A stretch of 64,000 nt of DNA from Lama guanicoe. Its lineage: Eukaryota. The notes beneath the pieces were generated by a model. It was not told the origin of the DNA. It was given only the letters and a program-made list of their open reading frames with translations, and did no database searches. The position numbers and the translations under genes were made by a program. This document shows, piece by piece, positions 39,821 to 51,300 of this stretch. The stretch lies in NCBI GenBank assembly GCA_013239625.1, contig MU053881.1:14500373-14564372 (forward strand), in the 5' to 3' direction. Each line of letters begins with the position of its first letter. Position 1 is the first letter of the stretch.

Positions 39821-40424
39821 CTGCCGGGAGAGAGCATGTCTGATGTCACGTGACCTGTACCATGGGACCCAGTGTCCTCGCAGCATTGGGGAAGGACCCC
39901 AAAGCTGGTGGGTGTGCCCATGTCCCACCTATGCTAACCCGGGCACAGAGTTCCAGCAGATCTGCCCACTGTGAGGGCCAGATGCAGCCTTGAGCTCCGT
40001 GAGGATGGCGACCCTTATCCATCACCTGCCTTCTCCCTTTCCAACTTGTGTCTCAGCTACAGAGCTCCTTCACCCTACTCAAGGCCCCCGTGCCCTTTCA
40101 GGAAGGTAGACATTAGGGATTATAGATCATAGGGCAAGAGAGGAGCTACAATTGCCATCTGGGGATCCTAAATCCCCAGGCCCCACATTCCTTGGGCATG
40201 CAAACTTTTAGGGAAAGGCCAGTTGCTTTTTGTAACAGATTCTCTGATTAACTGTGTCCAGTAGGGTTGTAAACTGTCATGTTACAGTCAAATGACAGAA
40301 ACCGTCTTGCTAACATGCACTGGGCAAATTTATATTCTCCTGTGTGACAGCCTCCAAGGCCCAGCAAACTCAAACCACCCTACTCCTCAGCCTTCCCATC
40401 TTGTGTGGCTCCCTCTGGCCTCAC

Positions 40425-40528
40425 CTCCTGCAGCGCGGTGGCCTTGTGTCCCGTGACAAGCCTGCACATGATGATGTGCTCCAGCAGGATCACTTGGAAG
40501 GAGGACAGAATGGGGCTGCAGTCGAGCA
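40425..40528 (-). CDS. MAU2: MAU2 exon 10 ([10 protein letters not shown]...KATALQE)
   Basis: 104 nt; CCCCAG|TGCTC...GAG|GTGAGG. Confidence 0.96.
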
Positions 40529-41650
40529 CTGGGGACAAGAGGCAGGGTTAAGCACTCAAAGCTCGGGTGGAGCAGACAACTGAGGAGACACTGATCCCAG
40601 CCATGCCTCCTGTGGGCTTTAAGCCCTCCTGCCACACCGGCCCCTTGGCTACCTGGGTCTGAGCCCACTTGTCCTCCTGGGCACTGGCCCAGCACCCAGT
40701 CTGTCACCTAACTCAGTGCCCAAAGCACCCTTAGGCAAGGGGGTTCATCTCCCTGTCCAGTTGAGGAAACAAGCTCATGGTCAGCTTTTGGTAACCAGAG
40801 TATTCTAAGAGTAAGAAATTCCTGGAGGGGCTTGTCTTCCATCCTCATCCCATCCCAACCCAGCTGAGTGCTCAAAGGCACTCCGGACACAACAGGTTCT
40901 ACAAACATTGAAGTCTCCCAGGAAAGACTATGCAACAGGCCTCAGGCAGCACTGGGTAATCCCAGGCTTCTGGTTGCCCTGAGCGCTATCTACACACTGG
41001 AACCAGACAGCACTTCCCCAACTCATCTAGAGGGAAAGAGCCACAGTCCCTCCAGGTTTTGGTTCTCTGGCTCTAAGGCTCCTCCCCAGCAGCACTGCCA
41101 AGGGCACAGGGAGTGAATGAAGTTAACAAGGGTGCCGAGCCAGCCAGAGACATGTACGGCTCTGGGTTCCTGCTAGTCAAAGGTTTTTGATCCCAGAGAA
41201 TGGATTAGCCAAGCACCTAGGAAGAACCACCACTTCCAGAGGATCTGCTGTTGGTCAGTTCCAATCCAGTCCTCATCTTAAGCACGATCCATGTCACACT
41301 GATGACAGACAGCAAAAGCAGCCACTACCTGTTTCAACTGAGCACTGCTGCCCCAGCGGGCCTGGATGGGGTCCCACTAACCCTCATGGCTATCTTGTGC
41401 ACTGAGGGGGACAGGACAGAGACACACTCCCCTGCACCCCTTCCCATTCTGATCAAGGATCCAGCCCAGGCCTGGCCTGCTTTGCCAGAACCTAGATCAC
41501 CCCAATCTGCCAACTGGGGTAATAAGACCCATGGGGCAGGGACTCATGCTGCCATCTTTCAAGGTCCGTCAGGCCTGGCATAGGAGGTGGTAGTCCAGCT
41601 GCCCACCAGGGGGCAAGTCGACCCACTGAGCCCCACAGAGCCTAACTTAC

Positions 41651-41741
41651 TCTTAAGCTTCTCCAGCTGCATGAGGGCCTTGTCTGTGTACTTCTGTGCC
41701 TTCTCTAGGTAGCCAGCTTGCATGGAGTGCATCACAGTCAC
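41651..41741 (-). CDS. MAU2: MAU2 exon 9 ([10 protein letters not shown]...QLEKLK)
   Basis: 91 nt; CACAG|GTG...AAGA|GTAAGT. Confidence 0.96.
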
Positions 41742-41827
41742 CTGTGACAACAACAGACAGCAGTGGTCACCAGGGCCCTCTCCTCTCTTTCCTGGGACCC
41801 TGGTCCCTGGACCCTCCAGGGACTCAC

Positions 41828-41974
41828 CAGGTAAACAAGCACGCACATGTGCTCCTTGGGTAGCCAGTGGAAGAGGTCGGCAGGGTTGCTGGGCAGGATC
41901 TCGTCATCGTGCAGCGTGGAGATGGTCTGGATGCACTGCTGCAGCTGCTTCAGGCAAGGCTTCACGCTCTTTAC
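41828..41974 (-). CDS. MAU2: MAU2 exon 8 ([10 protein letters not shown]...MCVLVYL)
   Basis: 147 nt; CTACAG|GTA...CTG|GTGAGT. Confidence 0.96.
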
Positions 41975-43135
41975 CTGTAGTAGGCGGACAGCACTGAACA
42001 CCTGAGCGCCTGTCTGCTCCTATCAGGTGCCACCCACCCTTAGGAGGCAGCCCCCAGAATGGCAGCTAGCCAGGTCCTGCCCACCCATCGACCCCTCAAC
42101 CCTTCCTTCCCAGGAGTTCCTGCCACACCCAGCTGGGTCAGCCAGCTTTCAAGGCACCAGCAGGGCCAGGCAGGTCATCTGTGGGACTAAGGCTCCACTA
42201 CCACTCACTGCTGGGCCTGACACCAAGGCCTGAGGGAGGCCTGTCCAAAGACCCTGCTCCAGCCCAGTTTCCTCCTTCCTGCAGCAACTCCAAAAGAGCA
42301 GGCAGGGCTGGTTACCCTAGCAGGTGGGAAGTGGCCACTGGGAAGCCTGCAGGTGTTGTGGTTCGGACAGATTGGGTCCTCTGCACCAGGAAGCCCCGTC
42401 CCAAGGCCCTACAGGCCATCTCCGTAGCCATCAGCACCCTGTGAGAGTCTGTTTTGTGTTACTTTGTGTTGAGTGAAGTGCTCAGGGCAACAGGCAAAGG
42501 TAAGTGTGGGTGGGGGGATCAAAGGAAGCCCCTTACCAGTGAGAGACCCACTCTGCACTTTCTGGGGCCTTCACTGCTGCCAGGCTCCACCTGTGGCTGG
42601 TCACTGTGACATGGTGGAGAGGGCAGATGGGGCAGCACCCCTCCAAAAGGCTGAGACATTCACCCATGTACAGGTACAGCTGCTCCTCAGCCACGTGAGG
42701 GTTACAGGGTTTTGTCTCAGACAACCACTGACCCTGTCAGTCCCTACTTGAACCCCACAAAGCTGTCAACAGCTGGGCGGCGGTGGAGAGACAATGCTGG
42801 AATGTACCTGCTGCATGCCAGGCACCATGCCAGAGTCCCCAGTTGATTCTGATGGATTCCCCAAAATGCTCTTAGAGGCCTTTGACCGCTAATGCACTGA
42901 GTGGATGTGTGTGAGGCCACATTTACTCCTGCTATGAGGACAGGAATAGGACAGACCCACTCTTGGAGTGCCCTCATGCCAGAGCACTACAGGGCCATGG
43001 GGGAACTGAGCCCCAAATGACAGACGTGCCTGCTGGTGAGGGATAGGAAGAAACAACACAGCTGATGTCTTAGCCCGAGGCCCACCTACCACCCATCTGC
43101 TCCCCAGCAGCCCTCCTGTGGGAGGCACTACACAC

Positions 43136-43291
43136 CTGCCCGGCATCCAGGTAGTGGGTCACCTGAAGCACCAGGAAGAAGACACGCAGAGACTCTTTCT
43201 GGATGGGGTTCCCTTGCCAGTTTTCAACTATCTGTCCACATAGGGTCAGCAGCGGGTGAACTTCCTGTAACTTGCGCTCCATCAGCAGCAG
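43136..43291 (-). CDS. MAU2: MAU2 exon 7 (LLLMERKLQE...HYLDAGQ)
   Basis: 156 nt; CCCCAG|CTG...CAG|GTGTGT. Confidence 0.96.
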
Positions 43292-43610
43292 CTGGGGAGG
43301 GAGAGGCGCACGTGCTGGGAGACCCTGCTGGTAGACACGACTGCGACCCACCCACCCACCCACTGTGGGACTGCTGGCAGCTCCAACCCAGGCTGCTCTT
43401 TCCTCAGCACCAATCTCACAACCCGGAATCTGAGTTTTACCTCTGAATCCAGCTAGGGGAAAGGAGCTTGCCCTTTCAACTGCCTGCCATGTGTGAGGGT
43501 CGGCTGCCCAAGGGGCCACACTATAGCATGCAGGCAAGGTCATGATAAACCCGTGGGGACCCAGCCTTGTGTCCACCACACTGGCCCCATCCCACCCAGT
43601 CTCCACTTAC

Positions 43611-43638
43611 CATCCCTTTGCTGAGTAGGAATAGCGCC
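43611..43638 (-). CDS. MAU2: MAU2 exon 6 (ALFLLSKGM)
   Basis: 28 nt; TTTTCCAG|GGCGCTATTCCTACTCAGCAAAGGGATG|GTAAGT; restores phase. Confidence 0.95.
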
Positions 43639-45415
43639 CTGGAAAAGAGAGGGGTAGTCAGAGGGAGAAGGGGGGTGAGTGATCAGGCCCAAGTGCCTGA
43701 ATCCAAATCCATGCCTCACTGTGGCCCCTCTGTAACCCCACTTCCTTGCCTATAACCAGCCAAGCCCCCTCAGGTTCTCCTTAGGGTTAAGGGGATGAAA
43801 CTCAGGAAGCCTAGGCACGCCAGCAGGCTCACTGTCCATTGTCCTCACCCTCAGGGGTGGCAAGGCCAGATTTCTATTGTCTCTCTAAAATCTTTCTACA
43901 CTTTTTAAATGAGCATGTACTACTGTCGTCAGCAAGAAAAAACATAATAAAACAAACACATTAAAACATTTAGGAAACAGTCAAAGTAACAGGGGAGGGA
44001 GCCAGAGCAGTCCAGACCCACTCCAGCCCCCGGAGGCTCCTGAGTGCATTGGCGTCAGGGTAGGACCACTGCTTTTAGGATCAGCTGTGGGGCTGTGGTC
44101 CTGCAAAGTCTGCAGGGCTCCCACTTGTTTAATACCTAAGTTTTTGTCCTGCCAGTCTGTGCAGAGTCCCCATGTACTGCAGCTGACATCCTATCCAGTG
44201 GGCATCACTCCAGGTGAGGAGACTGAGCTCAGGGGGTGAGTCACAGTCATACAGAGAGACTTCTACACTCCTGGCCACCTTGCCATTCCTTGTTGCTCCC
44301 TCATGGCATGAACACTCTAGGGTCTACTATCTGACTGTTGAAATCTAAGGCCTGGAACTTCATGTCAAGGTCTCCATAATTGTCACATCACTAGGCTGTA
44401 CTTCTGAGATCAGGAACCTGTAGGTGTCACACCTTGGTGAAGCCCACCCAGGTTGCCCACCTATGGCAGCACAGAGGCCTGTCTGAGGACACTTGTGAGT
44501 GAACACATGCAGTGTGTGGCTGTCTCCATCCCCTGCAAGGCGTGAGTGTCACCCTGTACCTAGTGATGGCTGCAGCACAAGGGGTACAAAAAGGGCCAGG
44601 AACACGGGGCCATCCCAGGGCAGGATGGCAGAGGGATGACAGCCCAAGGGGAATTATGTGGACCCTTGTGAGCACTCACAAGTCTAGGGCTCAAAGAACG
44701 GAATTAGGGGCTGTTTTGTACCAACAACCCATGGGACAAGCTTGGATTCTGTATTATATAACTTTCCAAAATCCCAATGCACACAACAAAATAAAAGCAC
44801 TGCTGCCTGGAGTCTGTCTACTACAGAGGATTCTTCTCCTTGGGGAAAAAAGACACAGAATGGAGACCCTCTTAGAGGGCACACAGTGAAATACTGGTGG
44901 CCTCTGACCCCTGACTTCAACTCCAAGGAACTAGTCCTCAGATTGAGCAGTTTCATGCATAACATGAACCTATGTCCCTTCTTTTACACAGGTGTCCACT
45001 TACTCTTTCTCCTTTTATGTATCTAAAAACTCCTGGGTGTCCCCTGAGTGGGGACACTGGCTGTCAAGCACTCTGCCCACACTCTACAAATACCACTCTT
45101 CCATCTGAGCCATGAAGGGGACCAGGCCAGCAAACCATATAAACCCTTTCTATTTCAAGACGTACTAGAAACACGCAAGTGCTAATGGTGCTGAGAGTGC
45201 CAGCTGCCCTTCACCCTCAGTCAATTCAACAACTCACTGCAAATATTGAGGGGGCAAAAGACATCTTGGAGCTACTTTAATTTGCGTGTCTGTGCAAATG
45301 TATAAAAGTGGCCATCATTTTATACTGAAATGCCACTTCTATTTGTTGTCCAGGATCAAGACGGCCAAACTCTTTCCAAGTAAGAGGAACAGGCGCCCAG
45401 GGAGAGGGTGCCTAC

Positions 45416-45510
45416 CGTGTGTACTCGGATCCCACCACCCGGGCGTATTCGGCTCCCACACCTAGGAGGTCGCAGGCCGACACCAGGTCCTTCTCAAGTG
45501 TGTGCAGTTG
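45416..45510 (-). CDS. MAU2: MAU2 exon 5 (QLHTLEKDLV...GSEYTR)
   Basis: 95 nt; TTTCAG|CAA...ACACG|GTAGG. Confidence 0.96.
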
Positions 45511-46974
45511 CTGAAAAGGAGAAAGAGCAATGACCCTCACTTTCAAATTGCCTGCTTTACAGTATCTGACCTTACTGCTTGATTGGCGAGTTAAACTCCC
45601 CATGTCAACAAAATTGCCTCAGTGTCAGTTTTGAGCTAAATTAAGCATATTATCTCATCAACATTAATTGCTTTGGGTACTGAATTCCACTTTGCCTACA
45701 GTGTTTATCATCTAAGCTTAACAGTTCATAGAGCCAGTAGTTACCATTTATGGGTGCAGACCCTTCCAGGGCTGTGTGAGTGTGCCTGCATGCTTTACAG
45801 GTTGTCTCCAGGGGCCAGTCGCTAGGAGAGCAACCAGAGGGGCCTCAAACAAGGAGGAGCTCTTTCAGGGGTAAGTGTCTATGGGAGTTTCTAACCTAGA
45901 AACCTTAACAAGATGAAAGGAAGGGACACCTGCAGGGCCTTGGTTGAGATCTTGGGCTCCTGCATGCTCACAGCACTCACCAACTCAGTGACCAGAGGAG
46001 GGTGACTCACTGCCTGGCCTGCTTCTTCCTCTGCCAACAGGCACAAAAGCACATGGGAGGATTAAAGGAAGATACTGCAGGTGCAGGTGCAGGGCAGGAG
46101 CTAGCCCGAGGGGTAGACCCTGGCTGGGTGAGCTCTTCTCAGAAGCGGATCCTCTGAGCCAAATCTCATGGCAATAAAGGGCTCCCCCAGAGGGCAGGGG
46201 ACACTTCCAGCCCAGGGCCCACCGTGTGCACAGGCAGATGATAAGGGCTAAAATTTGTCATGGACGGTGGGCAAGAGGTGGCCTGGTAGGCAGGCTGTGT
46301 CAGGGTCAGGAGAGGCTGGAGGCTGGCCAGTGAAGGGGAGGTATGGGCAGAGCCCAGGACGAAGAGGCACTCCTCATGGTGGAGCCTAACCCAGACCCTG
46401 GCCTGCAGGCTCCTCCACTGTAGCAGGAAAGCCCAGCCCAGAGAGTCCCTGACCACCTGAAAATCTCAGACCACAGGGACCAGGCACCACCTCCATCTGA
46501 GGAGCTTAAGGGAGACTGGGGCAGAGGGGCTGTGTGGAGCCCAGGGTGAGGCCATACCCAAGCATGCCCAAAAGTGGGCTCGCGGAGAAAAGCTTTGACT
46601 CCAGCATCTGCTGCCCAAGAGGCAGCACTTTGAAATCTCAGTACAGCTCTTAGAAGACAGAGTGGATCTGGCAAGAAATGCTCCCTATACTTTGATTAAT
46701 GCAGGCCAAAGGGAGCACTAGGAGGGAGGGGAACATGATGACTAGGCCCCAGGTCAGCTCCCACCAACACCCTGAGTACTGCTGAGGGGCCTGTCTGGAG
46801 GGTACTTGTGAGCAGTTCAAAGAAACATTCCTGTATCCCCACCTGCTTATAGCAGCATCCTGAGGAAGACCTGTATGTCCCGGAGTCTGCTTATTTGTAC
46901 TTGGGGCAACTGTGCCCTAAGGTCATGGCCCCCAACAGGCACCCAAGCATCTCAGCCAGGCCCCCAGTACTCAC

Positions 46975-47070
46975 AGCGAGCTGGAAGAGCAGGCGGCAGT
47001 GCCAATATGGGGTCTGTTGAGAGATCTGGATCGCTTTCCTCAGCAGTGGTTTTGCTGCATCAACAGAATT
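46975..47070 (-). CDS. MAU2: MAU2 exon 4 ([10 protein letters not shown]...RLLFQLA)
   Basis: 96 nt; TTTCAG|AAT...GCT|GTGAGT. Confidence 0.96.
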
Positions 47071-47283
47071 CTGAAAGGAAACAGTCAAGTTTGGGGAGGA
47101 AAAAACAAGCTGGCAGCAAGCTGGATTCCTTATGCAGCAGCTGCAGAGACAGAAGGCCATTCCTATTCACACTTACCAAAGGATCTGTGGGTTGCCAATT
47201 TGCTTTATTAAAGAAGAAAAGATATTTTATTAGACTCACTGGCTGGGAAGTTTTTGCATTGATCTTAAAATAACTCCCCATAT

Positions 47284-47432
47284 GGGGGAGGATACAGCTC
47301 AGTGGTAGAGTGAGTGCCTAGCAGGCATGAGGTCCTGGCTTCAATCCCCAGTACCTCCATTAAAAATAAATAAATAAACCTAATTACCCCCCCCAAAACA
47401 TAAAAAAAACTTTGAAAACTTAAAAAAAAAAA
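47284..47432 (+). mobile_element. tRNA-Ala-derived SINE (Vic-1-like), MAU2 intron 3
   Basis: GGGGAGGATACAGCTCAGTGGTAGAG...TTCAATCCCCAGTACCTCC, A-rich tail, partial TSD CTCCCCAT on both sides. Confidence 0.85.
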
Positions 47433-47875
47433 CCCTCCCCATTCAACTATACTAAAAGTGGCTTTAGTTCAAAATCAAATTGGATAACAATTGTCATCTT
47501 TCCTGTTCTGCAACCAGAGAGAGGGGCTGGGGTCATGAAACACGGATACTGCTCAAAGTGGGAGAAAGATGATTCTCAGCTATACCTGAGAGCAGGAAAC
47601 AGATCAAGAAGGTAAGCTATGTGAACTTGTTCAGGAACTAATCGTCTTTAGCCTAGGAACAAGGCTGTTTTCCAACAGCACTCGACAGAAAAAGATTCGG
47701 CTGGCCTTTGCTGCAAGGGATCACCCATGGATACCCTAGGCCAGGTGCGGGATAGGAAAGTGATGGGAAGTGTTAAAAGCCAGAAGGGAGTCCAGTCCTA
47801 AGAGTCCCAATTTGCCTTTGTGTCTCTGCTACAGGAAGAGGAAGTCTGCTTTCAGAAACCATCATATGTTCTTAC

Positions 47876-47941
47876 CTCTTGACAGTATAATTCAGACAAA
47901 AGACTTGCTGCTTCAAATTTAACATCTTCAAACTGTGGGAT
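47876..47941 (-). CDS. MAU2: MAU2 exon 3 (IPQFEDVKFEAASLLSELYCQE)
   Basis: CATTAG|ATCCCACAG...CAAGAG|GTAAG; 66 nt. Confidence 0.95.
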
Positions 47942-48323
47942 CTAATGACGTCCAGTTGAGGAAATAGAGACATTGCAAAAAGGTCAGTTTAAAAGAGCCA
48001 CAGTTCAAGGTTCTTATATTGCAGAGACTGGCCGGACAGGCACGTCCCCACCCACTTTGGAACCCCAAGTTCACATATGCACCCCAGCGATCCCTGAGCT
48101 TACTGATGGCTGTGTGTGGAGCTAGATGCTGGGGCATGAAGAGGAACAAGGCACCCAGAAGCTGTTGGTCTGAAGGAGTAGCCACAGCCGAGCAGGGATG
48201 CTCCCGGAAGTCTGTGGGGCAAAGACCAAACCCATAGGGTGCATTATAGGTGGTATTCAAGTTCAAGTTCTTTTCACTTAGAAGGAGCTTTCCTTACAGG
48301 GAACAGTACCAAGAAAAGGATAC
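47942..48323 (-). other. MAU2: U12-type (minor spliceosome) GT-AG intron 2 of MAU2
   Basis: 5' site GTATCCTTTT; branch TTCCTCAAC (47955-47963) close to the AG with no pyrimidine tract. Confidence 0.9.
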
Positions 48324-48341
48324 TTGTTGTGATATCAACCA
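48324..48341 (-). CDS. MAU2: MAU2 exon 2, 18-nt micro-exon (WLISQQ)
   Basis: Pyrimidine tract plus TTTCAG|TGGTTGATATCACAACAA|GTATCCTTTT. Confidence 0.95.
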
Positions 48342-51300
48342 CTGAAAGAGAAAGAAAAAAGGATTAATCCTGAGCCAAATGCTTGGTGCCCACTTAACTG
48401 GCTCCATTTTGGGGTTTACACAGGTTGTCTTGTCACCAAAGGCTGCAGGTGTTCAGTTAAGCAGAAAGATGGCCTGCTCAGCCTGAGAGGGGGGGCTCCC
48501 TTTTCCTCTGATCCAGCAGAGTGGGCCTGGGGGAAGGGGAACATACACTTGCTCCCCTACTGATGGGCTTCCTGTCCTGCCAGGCTCCGGAGTGAGAGCT
48601 GGAGCCTGCTCCTACTATAGCAGCAGTGCTTCAGGAGGGGAAGGAGCACAAAGGGGCCACCACATGCTACTCACTGCAGTACACCAACAGCCAGTCATGA
48701 CATGAGCAATCAATTACAACTGGAGGGTATGTCTCAGTCCTTCCTGGAAAAATGACATTTAAAAAATGCTGGGAAATGAGCAAACTTAGCTTCAGAAGGG
48801 AGGAAGGAGAACTCCAGGAAGGACTGATGTGGGCAGCGCCTGGCTAAAGGTGGCAGAGATGATTCTGAGATCTGAGCTCGCCATCCCTCTCTGCTAGTAC
48901 ACATACTGGGACGTGGTTCACACAACATGCTCCTGCTTGGGGATAACTGTGCCCTGGAATTTCACATTCCAACAGGAGGCAGAGAGGTCCAAGGGCAGTC
49001 CACCACACACAACACCGACCATAGTCTGTCTGACCACCCAAGACTCAAGCCTAATGCTGTTCCTGCCGACACACTCGTCCTGCAAACATTCACAGAGCCT
49101 TGGCGGTTGTTGGAAGGCATATCCAGAGCCTAACAGATGACTCTGACTTGCTAGGCTCTGTGAGAGAACAGTGTGTGTGCAGGTTGCGGGTGCCCGGGGC
49201 TCAGCCTTGAAGGGCAAGGATGCAAGGATAGGTGTTCCCAGGCAAAGTGGGAACAGGAGTTTCTCTAGGCAAAGAAGAGCCTATGAAAATGGCACAGAGG
49301 GCCAGGGAGGTAAGGCTGGAAGTCCTGTTGGGTCTCTGTGCCACTCATGTGGCAGTGGTGACTGTGGGTCAGAATGCCCCAATGTCACCCCTGGAGACTG
49401 ACCCAGTCAGAAGCATTAAAAAAAAAAAAAGCATCTAATCAGATCTGAGTTTTAAGAGCATTCTAAATGTAGCAAAGGATGCAGAGGGAGGAGGAAGAGG
49501 AGCCAGAGGCTGAAGGCTCATTAGTCTGTTGGCTACCAGGGAGAAGGGCCAGTGAGGCCAGGCGGGCAGCTTTGGGACTAGAGATGTCTCTGGGGCTGAG
49601 TAAGCAGTGCCCAGGGAAATCACCAAAGAGGCTGGGGAAGACTTGAAGCTGGTCTGGAGACCAGCTGCCTGAAAGACACAGGTGGGCCAGGAGGAGGAGC
49701 TGTAGGAATGGAAGAAAGGTACAGAGGAACAGAGAGAGCACGCTGGAGAGCCACTAGGCTCCGGTCTTTCTCTCTCTCTCACACATACACATACGCACAC
49801 ATGCACATGTGCAGAGCCCAGGTAAAAGACACTCTGCAGCCAGCCCGAGCGTCCCCTCCCAAGGCCCCTTGAAACAGGGTCAGGAAGCACTCAGGGCCCC
49901 CAGAAGAACAGAGTCAGAAGTAATGAGGCTCCTCAGCTGGAGGCTGTCTACAGGGACAGTGGGGATGGGCCTGGCTCTAGCCACACATATATGATGTCAC
50001 GAAGCTGGTGAACACAGAAGTCAGGCCTTGTTTTCTACAGAAGTCACTCCTCCCCATGGGGAACAGTAGTCCAGCAAGAGACACTCCTGAAGGCCACCAA
50101 CTGGGAGGAGGGATGGGACACCATGAAGGTAACTGTGTGACTGAAAAACTGGGTTAGGGACATGTTAAGATCTGGTCCAACTTTGAGATTCTGCGGTTCC
50201 ATGATTCAATCTCCATGTATAAGACCTACCTTGGACAAGGCCTCCAGGCTCAAGGGGAGCCCTTTAGAGAGAGTACAGGGTGGATAAAAAGAATTCTGAC
50301 ACATGTGAGTGGCATTTGCTTTCTACTTGGAGCTCCGTGCGGCTTGCTCTAAACAACCCAGCCTGGATAGCCAAGGCAGAGAGAGTGTGCTCAGTAAACC
50401 TGCCACGCACAGCTGAGTTTCCCAGTCAAGCTTGGCCACGCCTCAGGACCTGGCATAACGATGACCTCACCTGTGTGTCACTGCCCCTCAACCAAAGTGA
50501 AGAGGGCAACAAGAGGTGTGGCAAAAAAACCGTCCTTCAAGTCTGTGGCCCAGAGATGCTCTCCTTGCTGCACAAAGCACACTCCAAACTGGAGGCAAGG
50601 ACAGTCCACGAAGGCACGTCCATGGTGGGCAGACTGAGAAGGGACACACAGCCAGTTGCCCACTTCTCCAGTGCCTTGGCTTGTGTTGCCAGGCCCAGGA
50701 CTAAATGAGCCTATCAAATGTCTCCTAATAGCTATGGCTTTTTATCCCTTCTCCTTTTGGGGCTTTTGTGTGGTTAACATCTATTCCACAGACACTTAGG
50801 CTGGGCCCTACTGTATCTCTTCTCTATGAGCCAGATGTGTCAATGATCAGTTTCTGTCTCTGCCAGTTCTCTGTTTTCTGACCTGAGGGCAGGAGAAAGC
50901 ATCACATCGCCCTGGGGACTTGAGTGACCACCAGGAGAGCCAGGAAGTAACATGTCCAAAGGTCTAAGACTCAAACCCTCTCGAAGGCCTTGTCTACCAA
51001 TGTGAGGAGGTGTCAGGAGCACTGTTCTAGGGGCCAGAGGACGAAGTCTGAGGTGTGGACCCATGCGGGAGTTAGCAACACTTGAAGACCTGGAGGGGCT
51101 GGATCCTAGTGGTCCTTAGCATCCATTCCCAGGGCTATGACCTGCCACCATTCTCTCATGCATATACCATGGCCTCCACTTTAAACACACACCAATGGGA
51201 GATGTTAGATAATGCCCCATATAATGTGCCTCATCATGGTTCTGTGTCCTCAGTACCTCGAATGGACTTAAACACAAGAGGTACTTGGGAAACATCTGTT

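Noticed and set aside
45375..45400. Exon-6-like sequence (GGGCGCCTGTTCCTC on minus) just after exon 5
   Set aside because: No AG acceptor, too close to the donor, and the true exon 6 is at 43611-43638.
47284..47358. tRNA-Ala gene calls here and at 15383 and 63805
   Set aside because: Stems are mismatched, and the elements have A-rich tails and TSD remnants rather than oligo-T terminators, so they are SINEs.
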